DNA of 64,000 nucleotides from an uncultured bacterium (GCA_938017895.1 CALIJI010000010.1:15045-79044), one strand, 5' to 3'; positions 46,836 to 57,172 are shown, numbered from the stretch's first letter. Notes: generated from the letters alone by a model not told the origin. Numbers and translations: made by a program.

Positions 46836-47276
46836 TTATTTTAATTCTTCTTTCACGATTTTTGCTAGTATCGCTCCGTCAACTGAAGTGCCAAATCTAG
46901 TTTTCAGCTGGCCAATAACTTGTCCCATAAATTTCGGCGATTTTTCTTCTAGTTTTGTGATTTCTTCCTGAACAGCTAATCGAATTTCATCTTCACTAAG
47001 CATTTCTGGCAAATATTTTGAAAGAATTTCAGCTTCTTTTAGCTCATTCTGAGCACGCTCTTCATCTAAAAGAGCCGCAGCTTCTTTTCGCTTTTTAACT
47101 TCTCGCGCAATCAATACCTCGATTTCAGCGTCCGTAAGTCCAGATTCACGCTTACCAAGTTTAACTTCTTCATTTAAGATTGCTGCCTTAAGCCCGCGAA
47201 AAACCGTAGTCTCAAAATTATTGCGCGCTAGCATTGCTGTTTTTAAATCTGCATTTATTTTATCTTTTAAATCCAT
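46836..47276 (-). CDS. GatB/YqeY-domain protein
   Basis: 146-aa YqeY-like helical protein; N-terminus fits a YqeY-like helical domain. Confidence 0.65.
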   Translation of the reverse strand: MDLKDKINADLKTAMLARNNFETTVFRGLKAAILNEEVKLGKRESGLTDAEIEVLIAREVKKRKEAAALLDEERAQNELKEAEILSKYLPEMLSEDEIRLAVQEEITKLEEKSPKFMGQVIGQLKTRFGTSVDGAILAKIVKEELK

Positions 47277-47333
47277 ATTCTCCTACTCCTTAGAAAAACA
47301 AAAAGTCGGCTTTGCGACCGACAATTTGTGATT

Positions 47334-47564
47334 TTAGCGAATTCCAAGTCGCATCTTCATAGTTTTTTCAGCTTTTCGTTGGTTGCGAATAATAGCTTTT
47401 TTACGACGTTCGCTCTTACTAATTGGTTTCGAAAATCGCATAGACGCTTTAGCTTCGCTCAAAACTCCACTTTGTAGAACTTTTCGATTAAAGCGACGAA
47501 TAATATTTTCGTTAGCTTCTTTCTGGTCTTTCCTTGTTACACTAATACTCATACTAGTTACCAT
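47334..47564 (-). CDS. rpsU: 30S ribosomal protein S21
   Basis: Basic 70-aa protein (..RRFNRKV..KRKK..RNQRK). The start is probably MSISV at 47552. Confidence 0.8.
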   Translation of the reverse strand: MVTSMSISVTRKDQKEANENIIRRFNRKVLQSGVLSEAKASMRFSKPISKSERRKKAIIRNQRKAEKTMKMRLGIR

Positions 47565-47633
47565 TTTACCAAAGTTTTTTTAAAAAAGCAAGAAGAAAAT
47601 AAAATTGCTCAATTTTGAATAATTTTAATAAAA

Positions 47634-48668
47634 TTATTTTAACTTTGCCTGTTCTCGATAAAAATCAATCCAAATTTTTAACAGTCTGTCCTCTGAATAA
47701 TAATCTGAAATTTCTTTTGACTTCGCTTTAAATTCTTTTAATTTTTCTGGATTTTTCGAAATGTCTTTAATTACTTCATTCATCTCTTCGAAATCTTTAC
47801 CGCAAAGATATTTTCCTTCAAGAATATTTTTATACAAATCCAAATCTCGTAGCATTATTGGCGCCCCGCAACTAGCTGCTTCTAAAATAGCCATCGGAAA
47901 AAGCTCAGCATAACTTGGCAAAAGAAATAAATCACAACTTGCATAAAACTTTCGAATTTCTTCGCGCGGCACAATTCCTAAAAATTTCAAATTTTTTGGT
48001 GGATTTTCAACTATTTTTTTGTAGCGCTCATAACCACTGGTAATTTTTCCAAACGAAAAACCGCCAGCCCAAACGAATTTAATATCAGGATTATTTTCTG
48101 CTAACTTTACAAAATCATCAATACCTTTTCGTTGCTGAACTTGACCAACGCCAAAAACCACAATTTCATCTTTTTTCCAACCTTGTAATTTTCGAAATTC
48201 CTCTCGCTCTTCCTCATTCAAAGGTGACCATTTATCTTTTGCAACAAAGTTTGGAATATAAGTTATTTTTTCTCGATCAATACCGATTTTAACTAATTCT
48301 TCTTTAAAATCTGGATTTACAACCACTAAATGATCCATTTTATCATAAAATTTGATCAGATATTTTTTTACAATTTTTTCAGCAATTGCCGGCATATCTA
48401 AACTACCGTCAAGAGTGTCAGGGATTAAGTGAACGTAGCCAACTCTGCGGCCAGTATATTTTTTAAACTGTGCAGCTAAATAGAAATGTGGATCAATAGT
48501 GTGAAAATGTGTAATGTCTGGGTTTTTCGAACGAAGTGTTTTAGTAATTTTCAACTCGCTTTTTGCCCGATTTTCAAGAAGATTCATTAGCTCAGCATAA
48601 GCACCGCCAACACCTTGGCCAGCAACTTTATCTGCGGAGCTCATCATATTCACATGAATTTTAGTCAT
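47634..48668 (-). CDS. Glycosyltransferase family 4 (GT1/GT4 fold)
   Basis: C-terminal EX7E-like region (PSYAELFPMAILEAASCGAP) in a GT-B fold. Confidence 0.7.
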   Translation of the reverse strand: MTKIHVNMMSSADKVAGQGVGGAYAELMNLLENRAKSELKITKTLRSKNPDITHFHTIDPHFYLAAQFKKYTGRRVGYVHLIPDTLDGSLDMPAIAEKIVKKYLIKFYDKMDHLVVVNPDFKEELVKIGIDREKITYIPNFVAKDKWSPLNEEEREEFRKLQGWKKDEIVVFGVGQVQQRKGIDDFVKLAENNPDIKFVWAGGFSFGKITSGYERYKKIVENPPKNLKFLGIVPREEIRKFYASCDLFLLPSYAELFPMAILEAASCGAPIMLRDLDLYKNILEGKYLCGKDFEEMNEVIKDISKNPEKLKEFKAKSKEISDYYSEDRLLKIWIDFYREQAKLK

Positions 48669-48675
48669 AAGTTAA

Positions 48676-50319
48676 TTATACACTTTTCCTTTCCAAATAC
48701 AAAATCTGCCCTTCGATATTTTTTTGCCCTTGCCATTCGTTCAAGCCGAGCGAAAAAACCACGTCAATTTCTTCACCGATTTCCGCAAAAAATTCTTCTG
48801 GAGCATTAAATTTCAACATCTTAATTTCATTCTCGCCATCAGTTAAAGTTAGCTTTAAATGCTGTTTTTTGTCACCCATTTCTTGCCGATCCATAACTCG
48901 CACTTTTTTAATTTCGAAAATCGGCTCTTCATTCCCATTTCCAAACGGCTCAAGCTTTGTAATTTTTTCGAAAAGATCTAACGAGATTGGCGAAAAATCT
49001 TCAAGCTGAATATCCACTTTCGGTAAAAGATATTTGAGCTGATCTTTAAGATTGAGCGAATCATAAAATTGATTAACGATTTTCCGAAAATCATCAATTT
49101 TTGAGGTTGGCAGAGTCACACCGGCTGCAGCATCATGACCACCGCCCTTAATAATGATTTCACGAGCTTTATCGACAGCTTGACTAGCCGAAAATCCGCC
49201 AAAACTACGCGCCGACCCTTTCGCAATTTCACCCTTAATCGAAATAACAAAAACTGGCTTTTTAAATTTCTCCATCAAACCCGACGCTACAATACCAATA
49301 ATACCATCGTTGAAATTTTCGTCAGCAATAACTAGAACTTTGTCATTTTCGAAATCCTTAGCTTTTTGAATTGCAATTTCGAGAGCGTCACTTTGAAGCT
49401 TGCGCCGTTTTTTGTTTAACTCATCTAGATATTTAGCCTTCTCTAGGGCTTTAAAGTTATCTTTTTCTATCATTAGATCCAAGGCCTTTTCTGCCGTTTC
49501 AAGCCGACCAGCTGAGTTAATCCGCGGCCCTAAAACAAAACCAAGCGTAGAACTATTCGGTTTATCAATTCCAGCATAAGCTAGCATTGACTTGAGACCA
49601 TTACGCCGAGTTTTCTCCATTACTCTCAAGCCCCAAAAAGTATTTTGACGGTTTTCAACAGTTTGCTGCATAATATCACAAACCGTACCGAGCGCCACCA
49701 TATCAAGAAGCCATTTCTCTTGGCCAAGCGGTAAGCCGTCAAGTCTGGTTTGTAGAGCTTGGATCAATTTAAAAGCTACACCAACACCTGCGAATTTCTC
49801 GGCTTGCGGATATTGATTTTCTTTTCGGCGAGGATTCACAACTGCCACCGCATTCGGTTGAACTTCAGCAATATTATGGTGATCGGTCACAATTGTATCA
49901 ATTCCAAAGCCTTTCGCAAAACCAATTTCAGCGTGATTTAAACTTCCACAGTCAACTGTTAAAATTAGATTAGTTCCACGTTCGGCGAGTAGTTTCACGC
50001 CTCGTTCATTCATTCCATAGCCATCTTTAAAGCGATCCGGCAAAAAATAATCAACATTTTTGAAGCCAAATTTTTCAAAAGCATCCAAAATAATAGTCGA
50101 GGCAGAAACTCCATCAACATCATAATCACCATATACAGTAATTTTTTCTTGTTTTTTGTGCGCCTGCAAAAGTCGTTCAACCGCTTTTTCCATATCGGGC
50201 AACAAAAAAGGATCGTGCTGATTATTATAATCTGGGTTCAGAAAAGCCTCACGATTCTCTTTCAAAATTCCACGATTCTCTAAAATTTGTTCGATAATTT
50301 CGCTCACAGAAAGCGACAT
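48676..50319 (-). CDS. recJ: Single-stranded-DNA-specific exonuclease RecJ
   Basis: DHH motifs (GDYDVDG, TDHH) and a DHHA1 GGGH motif. Confidence 0.85.
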   Translation of the reverse strand: MSLSVSEIIEQILENRGILKENREAFLNPDYNNQHDPFLLPDMEKAVERLLQAHKKQEKITVYGDYDVDGVSASTIILDAFEKFGFKNVDYFLPDRFKDGYGMNERGVKLLAERGTNLILTVDCGSLNHAEIGFAKGFGIDTIVTDHHNIAEVQPNAVAVVNPRRKENQYPQAEKFAGVGVAFKLIQALQTRLDGLPLGQEKWLLDMVALGTVCDIMQQTVENRQNTFWGLRVMEKTRRNGLKSMLAYAGIDKPNSSTLGFVLGPRINSAGRLETAEKALDLMIEKDNFKALEKAKYLDELNKKRRKLQSDALEIAIQKAKDFENDKVLVIADENFNDGIIGIVASGLMEKFKKPVFVISIKGEIAKGSARSFGGFSASQAVDKAREIIIKGGGHDAAAGVTLPTSKIDDFRKIVNQFYDSLNLKDQLKYLLPKVDIQLEDFSPISLDLFEKITKLEPFGNGNEEPIFEIKKVRVMDRQEMGDKKQHLKLTLTDGENEIKMLKFNAPEEFFAEIGEEIDVVFSLGLNEWQGQKNIEGQILYLERKSV

Positions 50320-50323
50320 CTTA

Positions 50324-50644
50324 TTACCTCTTAACAGAATTATTCAAAAAACGAGGATTTCGCGAAACAGTCTGTTGCGCACGAACCTTCATAACAATCG
50401 ACTGCAGTTCCTTAAACAAAAGAAAATCCGTATTCGAAAAATAGACAAATGTATTTTTCTTTTTTTCGCGAAATAAAAATCCAGCTTTTTCAAGCTTATT
50501 AAGTTCACGCTGAATGTTTCCTGGATCCTCTTTGAGAAGTTTTGCCAACCCTCGTATATGCATCTTGATAGCAGGATAAGTCACAAAAAATACGACAATT
50601 TTTCGCTTAACTCGTGATGTAATAAAAATATCCAAATCTACCAT
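50324..50644 (-). CDS. Putative winged-helix transcriptional regulator
   Basis: 106-aa basic protein with a helix-turn-helix-like core (IRGLAKLLKEDPGNIQRELNKLEKAG). Confidence 0.45.
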   Translation of the reverse strand: MVDLDIFITSRVKRKIVVFFVTYPAIKMHIRGLAKLLKEDPGNIQRELNKLEKAGFLFREKKKNTFVYFSNTDFLLFKELQSIVMKVRAQQTVSRNPRFLNNSVKR

Positions 50645-50698
50645 TTTTAGCTCTCTTATCTCCTATTTTACAAAAAATAAGCTTTTTTCGCAAGCAAT

Positions 50699-51355
50699 TT
50701 AACGCCAATTTAAAATGATTTCGTTTATTTTTTTAACAACCTCTTCACGAGAAGGAAGCTCGTTCTCATCATAATAATGATTCGCGCCGAAATAATTCGC
50801 CTTGACGTCAAGAATGTGGAGTTCATCTGCAGAAATATGTAGCCGATCAATAGCCTCAACACTTGCAACCGGAGCTGCAACAATAAGTTTCTTATAATCA
50901 ATCGGTTTTAAAAAATCCAGCACAACGTCAAGCGTAGCCTTTTCAGCAAAACCATCACTCACTAAAATAATATTGCGATTCCTAAGCAGGTCTAGAGATA
51001 TTGTCCCGCCATCGCCAATTAAGCGATTAATTTTCTGAAATTTCTCAAATTGGTCTTTCTGGAAAGTGCCAAAGCTTTCTGCGACATACCCTTCAAATTC
51101 AGCATTCGTCATAAAAGAATTACGCACGAAATTACCATTTTGCGAAACACTACCCAAAATTAAGTTTTCGCCGGCAAGTTCAACTTCTTCACTCAAAAGT
51201 AGATTGAGTACGCTATGAAGAGCCGCTGCAATAGGTTCACCAACCAAAACACCGCCCTCATTCAAAGCGACAACAGCACAATCTTCGAAGCGATATTTCT
51301 CGAAAAGTTGTTCCGCCAAAAGATTCCCTGCTGAGTTTCGATTTTCAAAATACAT
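50699..51355 (-). CDS. Predicted phosphoribosyltransferase-like protein
   Basis: PRTase-type motif IILVSDGFAEKATL. Confidence 0.5.
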   Translation of the reverse strand: MYFENRNSAGNLLAEQLFEKYRFEDCAVVALNEGGVLVGEPIAAALHSVLNLLLSEEVELAGENLILGSVSQNGNFVRNSFMTNAEFEGYVAESFGTFQKDQFEKFQKINRLIGDGGTISLDLLRNRNIILVSDGFAEKATLDVVLDFLKPIDYKKLIVAAPVASVEAIDRLHISADELHILDVKANYFGANHYYDENELPSREEVVKKINEIILNWR

Positions 51356-51379
51356 ATTTTTATTATATAATAAAAATAG

Positions 51380-53344
51380 ATGGAAAACTATTACGAAATC
51401 GCTCCGCTTAAAATTATTCGCAATGAGAGCGAAGTTTTTACTTATTCATCTGATATAAAACTTCAGAGGGGTCAAATTGTCGAAATTCCAATTAGCAACA
51501 AAAAAAATACTGGTATAGTTTGGAAAACTGTAGAAAAACCAAATTTTGAAACCCGCAAAGTTCAAAGAGTCATTTCAGACCAACCAATCCCAGATCATCT
51601 AATAAAAGCATCTGAATGGATAAGTCAATATTATGCAACACACTTATCGCAAGTCCTGAGCGGAATTTTACCTAATGGAGTTCAAAAATCACGTCGCCTC
51701 ACAAAAAATGAAATCACTGAAACAGATATAAATTGTAAAAACCGTTCAAATTTTTTATACACAGAACAGCAGCAAAATGCTATAAAAAAACTAAATAAAA
51801 TACATAGCGGAACTGTGTTTCTTCACGGAATCACAGGATCGGGTAAAACTTCAATCTATATAAATCAAGTAAAAGAGGCTCTAAAAAATAATAAATCAGC
51901 GATTATTCTTATACCAGAAATTGCACTAACATCTCAATTAGTTATAAATTTTAGAAGCCATTTCACGAATATAAAAGTTATACACTCACGTCAAACCGAA
52001 TCTGAGCGACATAAGACTTGGTTAAAAATACTAAACGATACTGATCCACAAATTATTATTGGTGCGCGCTCAGCACTCTTCGCTCCGGTCAAAAATCTTG
52101 GCTTAATCATAATCGATGAAGCTCACGAGCCAAGCTTCAAACAAGAGCAAACACCAAAATACTCTGCCCTACGAGTCAGTAGTTTTTTAGCGTCATATTT
52201 TAATTTTAAAGTAATTTTAGGATCGGCAACACCTTTAGTTGAAGATTACTTTCTAGCAGAAATTTCAGCAAAAAATGGCGGAAACGAAATTATAAAACTA
52301 ACTGAACTTGCTAAAAAACAAGCTAGGCCACCAAAAGTTTCAATAATTGATTTAACTAAAAAATCTTCTCACAACCATCGCTTTTTATCAAAAGAACTTT
52401 TAAGCGAAATGAATCAAACTCTAAGCGAAAATAAACAAGTCCTACTCTATCACAATCGACGTGGAAGCGCATCAATAACGATGTGCCATAATTGTGGCTG
52501 GCAAGCATTATGCCCAAATTGTTTCTTGCCCCTAACTTTACATACAGATAAACATAAGGTTATTTGCCATATCTGCGGCCATAGCGAAAAAATACCACTC
52601 TCATGCCCCGATTGCGGCGAACCTGAAATTATCCATAAAGGAATTGGCACAAAAATGATTGAGGAAGAAGTTCGCAAGCTATTTCCTAATAAAAAAATTG
52701 CACGTTTTGATGCCGATTCAGACTCCAATAGAACAGTTGAAAAAATGTATAACGAAATAGTCTCGGGCGAAATTGAAATTATAATTGGCACGCAAGTTAT
52801 CGCCAAAGGATTAGATCTTCCGAAACTCAAGACCGTAGGCATTATTCAAGCGGATGCAGGTTTAGCTTTGCCAGATTTTACTTCTAGCGAACGAAACTTT
52901 CAACTAATTGCACAAGTCGTAGGTCGCGTCGGTCGTCACTCAAGCGAAACAAATGTAATAGTCCAAACTTTTCAGCCCGATGCTCCGTCTGTAAAATTTG
53001 GAGTGGAACAAAACTATATCGATTTTTATAATTTCGAAATCGAAAAACGTAAAAAAGAAAATTTTCCACCTTTTGTTTATCTTCTCAAATTAACTTGTAT
53101 TTATAAAACTGAGAGATCAGCTATTTTAAATGCGCAAAAAGAGGCCAAGGCAATTCGCGAAAGATTCAAAGGTAAAGTTCAGCTCTTCGGACCGACTCCA
53201 GCTTTTTACGAAAGAATTGGAGAAACTTATCGTTGGCAAATTATCATTAAGAGCAAAAAACGCGCACCACTTCTCACAATTGCACGCGAATTTCAAGGCA
53301 AGCCACAATGGCGAGTTGATTTAGACCCACCAGGGTTGATTTAA
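51380..53344 (+). CDS. priA: Primosomal protein N-prime (PriA helicase)
   Basis: Walker A GITGSGKT, a DEAH-like motif and twin Cys4 zinc ribbons (CHNCGW..CPNC..CHICGH..CPDCG). Confidence 0.9.
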   Translation: MENYYEIAPLKIIRNESEVFTYSSDIKLQRGQIVEIPISNKKNTGIVWKTVEKPNFETRKVQRVISDQPIPDHLIKASEWISQYYATHLSQVLSGILPNGVQKSRRLTKNEITETDINCKNRSNFLYTEQQQNAIKKLNKIHSGTVFLHGITGSGKTSIYINQVKEALKNNKSAIILIPEIALTSQLVINFRSHFTNIKVIHSRQTESERHKTWLKILNDTDPQIIIGARSALFAPVKNLGLIIIDEAHEPSFKQEQTPKYSALRVSSFLASYFNFKVILGSATPLVEDYFLAEISAKNGGNEIIKLTELAKKQARPPKVSIIDLTKKSSHNHRFLSKELLSEMNQTLSENKQVLLYHNRRGSASITMCHNCGWQALCPNCFLPLTLHTDKHKVICHICGHSEKIPLSCPDCGEPEIIHKGIGTKMIEEEVRKLFPNKKIARFDADSDSNRTVEKMYNEIVSGEIEIIIGTQVIAKGLDLPKLKTVGIIQADAGLALPDFTSSERNFQLIAQVVGRVGRHSSETNVIVQTFQPDAPSVKFGVEQNYIDFYNFEIEKRKKENFPPFVYLLKLTCIYKTERSAILNAQKEAKAIRERFKGKVQLFGPTPAFYERIGETYRWQIIIKSKKRAPLLTIAREFQGKPQWRVDLDPPGLI

Positions 53345-53688
53345 CTATCTTTCTTCGAAGTGCTAAAAATGTAACTCTTTAGATATTCTAAATTAGCTTT
53401 TCTTGCTTCATCTTTCGTTATTTTGCCAGATTTTATCTTTTCAATATCTTCAAGCATAAAGCCAGTCAATTCACCAAACTCCACCACGCTTGGCGAAAAT
53501 TTATTATCAGGATCAGAAAAACCTCGTCCCTCAGAAACCATTCGACCGTAATAATCTTTCGCAAGATATTCTATACCTTCATAATTATCCGTTTCAAAAA
53601 ATATCAACGCAAGATAAATCAACATCGAAAGCATTTCCCTGTCATTTTTTGGTTTTATTAGATCTAAAAAAGCTGTAATTTCTTTCAT
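53341..53688 (-). CDS. Hypothetical protein
   Basis: The ORF-track frame extends to 53730 with a non-ATG start. The first ATG is at 53688 (MKEITAFL). Adjacent to the preceding small gene. Confidence 0.4.
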   Translation of the reverse strand: MKEITAFLDLIKPKNDREMLSMLIYLALIFFETDNYEGIEYLAKDYYGRMVSEGRGFSDPDNKFSPSVVEFGELTGFMLEDIEKIKSGKITKDEARKANLEYLKSYIFSTSKKDS

Positions 53689-53702
53689 AAAACAACTACT
53701 TA

Positions 53703-53984
53703 TTAATCTATCTCTGCCAAAATAATCCAACCGTCAGAAGATAGAATTCCAATATCACCACTATTAGTTTTTATATACCTTTTAAATTCTTTACTATATT
53801 CCGATATTTTTTTCGGGTAAAATATTTTTATATCATTATCGCTAAAATAATCAGTAACGATTAAAGCATATTTTTCAAAAAAATATATACTCTGATCGGG
53901 CATATCTCTATCAAAATACCTATCTATTACAGGGCCTAATTCTATGCCAAACTCCTTTTCTATATTTGTGGTTATTTCGTCCAT
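53703..53984 (-). CDS. Hypothetical protein
   Basis: 93-aa acidic protein with a strong SD (ACAGGAGGT) and an upstream TTGACA-16-TAAAAT promoter. Confidence 0.45.
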   Translation of the reverse strand: MDEITTNIEKEFGIELGPVIDRYFDRDMPDQSIYFFEKYALIVTDYFSDNDIKIFYPKKISEYSKEFKRYIKTNSGDIGILSSDGWIILAEID

Positions 53985-54073
53985 ATTTACCTCCTGTTAA
54001 AATAACCAAAAATTCACTAATCAAAACTTCTACTCCTAATTTTAGTGTATATATGTATGTTGTCAAGAGTTTT

Positions 54074-54844
54074 TTAGAAAATGTCTAGATTTAGCGTTTC
54101 TTTTCGCTGATTGAAATAAATTATAACTTTTGACTTTTCAAAATATTCGCTCTTTACTGCTTTCGAAAAATCTTCACGCAAAAAATCTGAAATTTCATCC
54201 AAAATCCGCTCGTTGAAATCACGTAAAACATCGCGGTGCGAATAAGTTCCAATTGAAAAATATCCCGTTCGAGAATTCTTGAAATCCCGATTTTTAAAGT
54301 GATAAAAACCAAAACTAAAACTAATGAATCGCGAAAGATTTTCAAGCAAAAAATCGCGGGTTTTAGCATTTTCAGATTCAACCGAAATTCGCAAAATATC
54401 GCGCCGATTTCTCGGCTTCGAAAAATATTGCGAAGAAAACGCGCTCGTTTCGTGAGGTTTAAATCTTAAAATTGGCTTTTCGAAAAAATATTTCGAAGCG
54501 TGAATTTCATTTAACATTTTGCGAATTTTACTCAAGTCAAAATTATCATCAAATCGCCAAGATTGCTCTTCTGCAAAAATTTGATTAGCGTATTTTTCAA
54601 TTTCCCAATCTTCAATCTGCAAGTTTTGATCCATAAATTTTTCAAATTCTGAATATATATTTTCATTTTTCGACTTTAAAGATATTTCAGTAATCCCGCC
54701 ATTAGGCCAAGTGAAACCTAATACCGAATAGTCCTCAAAATAAACCCATCCTCCTTCATGCATTCTTCGCCAGAATTCATCCACGATAATGTGTTCATAT
54801 AAATGCAGAACTTCCCAATATTTATAAGATTTATATATATTCAA
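54074..54844 (-). CDS. Hypothetical protein
   Basis: 256-aa Phe/Tyr/Trp-rich soluble protein with no motif. Confidence 0.45.
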   Translation of the reverse strand: MNIYKSYKYWEVLHLYEHIIVDEFWRRMHEGGWVYFEDYSVLGFTWPNGGITEISLKSKNENIYSEFEKFMDQNLQIEDWEIEKYANQIFAEEQSWRFDDNFDLSKIRKMLNEIHASKYFFEKPILRFKPHETSAFSSQYFSKPRNRRDILRISVESENAKTRDFLLENLSRFISFSFGFYHFKNRDFKNSRTGYFSIGTYSHRDVLRDFNERILDEISDFLREDFSKAVKSEYFEKSKVIIYFNQRKETLNLDIF

Positions 54845-54873
54845 AATTAACCTTTCTCTTTAAAATAAAAACG

Positions 54874-54885
54874 AGCTATATAGCT
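54874..54885. promoter_or_regulatory. Perfect 12-bp palindrome AGCTATATAGCT (candidate operator or weak terminator)
   Basis: Lies in the 64-bp gap between the 54909 gene and the 54074 gene. Confidence 0.3.
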
Positions 54886-54908
54886 TGCTAACCTTGAGAC
54901 TACTTTCT

Positions 54909-55055
54909 TCAAGTATTAGACTTAATACCTTCTGAAATATGCTTATTAGTCCCTTTAAACTTCTTAGAGGAACCATCGCTGCGAGTATTGGTTTTCTTTT
55001 TATGTGATTTTAATTGAGAAATCCAACCACTCTTGTCATGCTTCTTATCAGCCAT
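54909..55055 (-). CDS. Small highly basic hypothetical protein (48 aa from MADKK..)
   Basis: Strong SD AAGAGGTGG 5 nt before the ATG at 55053-55055. Sequence MADKKHDKSGWISQLKSHKKKTNTRSDGSSKKFKGTNKH.. Confidence 0.4.
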   Translation of the reverse strand: MADKKHDKSGWISQLKSHKKKTNTRSDGSSKKFKGTNKHISEGIKSNT

Positions 55056-55180
55056 ATAACCACCTCTTTCTAAAGTGCGGAGCATTCTTAGCTCATTCGA
55101 AATATTTACCATTTCAAATATCCGGTTTTAATTTTGCCATAGTCAAACCTAAAAATCAATGATTTTGTAGCTTTTTTACC

Positions 55181-55206
55181 CTAAAAATGGTATAATAAAA
55201 ACAATG
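55181..55206 (+). promoter_or_regulatory. Extended -10 promoter (TGgTATAAT) for a leaderless def-fmt operon
   Basis: TATAAT ends 8 nt before the def ATG, with no SD. Confidence 0.45.
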
Positions 55207-55785
55207 AAAAAAGAAGATATTATAACCTTGCCTAACCAGAATTTGCGCAAAAAATGCGAACGCGTGCATGTCATTACAGATGAAATTCGCCAAATTGTGC
55301 AAGATATGATTAACGCCAGCCTTGATTGGGAAAATGCCCACCATCATGAAATTTCGGCAGCAATTGCTGCACCACAAATTAACAAACTCTACAAAATCAT
55401 TATTGTTCGAAGCGATTTAGATGATAAAAATAACAAAGAATTCACCGCTTTAATCAATCCTGAAATTACAAAATTCGAAGGAAAAACCGACATCGATTTT
55501 GAGGGCTGCCTTTCAATTAAAGGAATTTATGGTAAAGTTCCGCGAGCTTCGAAAGTTCGCGTTAAAGCGCTTGACATCTACGGCAATGAGGTTCGAATTA
55601 AAGCAGAAGGTTTCTTAGCTCGTGTTCTTCAGCATGAAATTGATCATACAAACGGCGTTCTTTTCATTGATCATATCCGCGATAAAAAAGATGCATTTTA
55701 TCGCTTAGACAAAGATGGTGAATTACAGCCATTAGATTATGAAAAAGATATTGAGAACAACTCAGACCTTTGGGGAGATTTATAG
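55204..55785 (+). CDS. def: Peptide deformylase
   Basis: GCLS, EGCLS and HEIDH motifs. Confidence 0.9.
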   Translation: MKKEDIITLPNQNLRKKCERVHVITDEIRQIVQDMINASLDWENAHHHEISAAIAAPQINKLYKIIIVRSDLDDKNNKEFTALINPEITKFEGKTDIDFEGCLSIKGIYGKVPRASKVRVKALDIYGNEVRIKAEGFLARVLQHEIDHTNGVLFIDHIRDKKDAFYRLDKDGELQPLDYEKDIENNSDLWGDL

Positions 55786-56673
55786 ATGAAAAATCCTATA
55801 ATTTTCTTTGGTACAGAAGATTTTTCAGCCGTTTCGCTCCAAAAATTAATTGACGAAAATTTCGAAATTGCTGGAATTATCACCAAACCAGACTCCAAAA
55901 AAGGTCGCGGTCAAAAGCTCCAATCGCCAAAAGTTAAGAAAATTGGCGAAAAGTTTAAAATTCCCGTTCTCCAACCACAAAAAATGAGTGAAATTGTTGA
56001 TTTTGTGAAAACTTTCGAAAACCCAGTGGGTGTTTTAGTTTCATTCGGGCGAATTATTCCGCAAGAAATAATCGATCTTTTTACGCCCGCAATAGTGAAT
56101 GTCCACCCTTCACTTCTACCAAAATACCGCGGGCCAAGCCCAATTGAGAGTGCAATCTTAAATGGCAACTCAAAAACTGGCGTTTCGCTAATGAAGCTCT
56201 CAAAAGAAATGGATGCTGGCGATGTTTATTCGCAAGAAGAAATTAAACTTTCGAAAACAGAAACTGCTAGCGAGCTTTATGAAATTTGTGGTAAAATTGG
56301 CGCTGAAATGCTAGTGCGAGATTTGCCAAAGATTATTTCTGGCGAGCTAAAAGGCAAAAAACAAGATAACTCACAAGCCGAATATTGCCAACTTCTTAAA
56401 AAAAGTGATTCGATTTTAGATCCAAAAAATCAAACCGCAAAACAAGCAGAACAGCAAATTCGCGCTTTCGAAATCTTCCCAAAAAGTAAAATCATGATCA
56501 ACGAGCGCACTATCATAATAAAATCCGCGGAAGCCTTAGACCATGATATGAAAAAATCGCCCCTAACGCTTAAATTTGCCGATGGAGCGTTTCTAAACAT
56601 AAAAACGCTGATTACACCAACAGGCAAAGAAACTACCGCAGAGAGCTTCATAAATGGCTATCTAAAAAAATAA
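55786..56673 (+). CDS. fmt: Methionyl-tRNA formyltransferase
   Basis: Formyltransferase core (N..HPSLLPKYRG) and a C-terminal domain. Abuts the def stop. Confidence 0.9.
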   Translation: MKNPIIFFGTEDFSAVSLQKLIDENFEIAGIITKPDSKKGRGQKLQSPKVKKIGEKFKIPVLQPQKMSEIVDFVKTFENPVGVLVSFGRIIPQEIIDLFTPAIVNVHPSLLPKYRGPSPIESAILNGNSKTGVSLMKLSKEMDAGDVYSQEEIKLSKTETASELYEICGKIGAEMLVRDLPKIISGELKGKKQDNSQAEYCQLLKKSDSILDPKNQTAKQAEQQIRAFEIFPKSKIMINERTIIIKSAEALDHDMKKSPLTLKFADGAFLNIKTLITPTGKETTAESFINGYLKK

Positions 56674-56674
56674 A

Positions 56675-56714
56675 ATACCAGCTTTCATTTTTTAGAAGCT
56701 GGTATTTTATTTTA
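56675..56714 (+). terminator. Intrinsic terminator after fmt (shared with the convergent minus-strand operon)
   Basis: 9-bp stem ATACCAGCT/AGCTGGTAT followed by a T-run. Confidence 0.6.
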
Positions 56715-56715
56715 C

Positions 56716-57129
56716 TTAGCCAATAATCTTATTGATATTTGCGCGAAGCTCACCCTTCATTTCATTCATCACAGTTTCAATAATTTGTGCAAAATCTGGA
56801 CGATTGACCTGAAGCCACTTCATAGCCGCATACTCATTCATAATCTCTGCACTTTCTTGACCGTTATTTTGATCAACGAAAGTCTGATAAATTTCATCGT
56901 TTTTATAATCAGGTGTATTCATTAAAACCCAATTCTGAATAAAATCTGAATTTTCATCAATAATCGCTTCAAATTCATCTAGTTTTTCTGGCGACATACC
57001 GTCAGAAATTCTCTCACCCACACGCACTTCAATTTCTTCTTGAATGTGTTTTTTAAACTCTTCTTGCTCATTCACAGGCATTCTGTTTAGCCCAATCTCT
57101 TCGAAAAATTTCTCGTCTAATTCAAACAT
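56716..57129 (-). CDS. Hypothetical acidic protein
   Basis: The likely start is the ATG at 57127-57129 (MFELDEK) with SD AAGGAAAAG. The longer track ORF overlaps the upstream gene. Confidence 0.45.
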   Translation of the reverse strand: MFELDEKFFEEIGLNRMPVNEQEEFKKHIQEEIEVRVGERISDGMSPEKLDEFEAIIDENSDFIQNWVLMNTPDYKNDEIYQTFVDQNNGQESAEIMNEYAAMKWLQVNRPDFAQIIETVMNEMKGELRANINKIIG

Positions 57130-57172
57130 TGCTTTTCCTTGTTTAGTTATACTAATTTTAACACAAGCATAA

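Noticed and set aside
55156-55377. 73-aa minus-strand ORF overlapping the def start and promoter
   Set aside because: It is antisense to the conserved def gene and has a Cys/Phe-rich composition.
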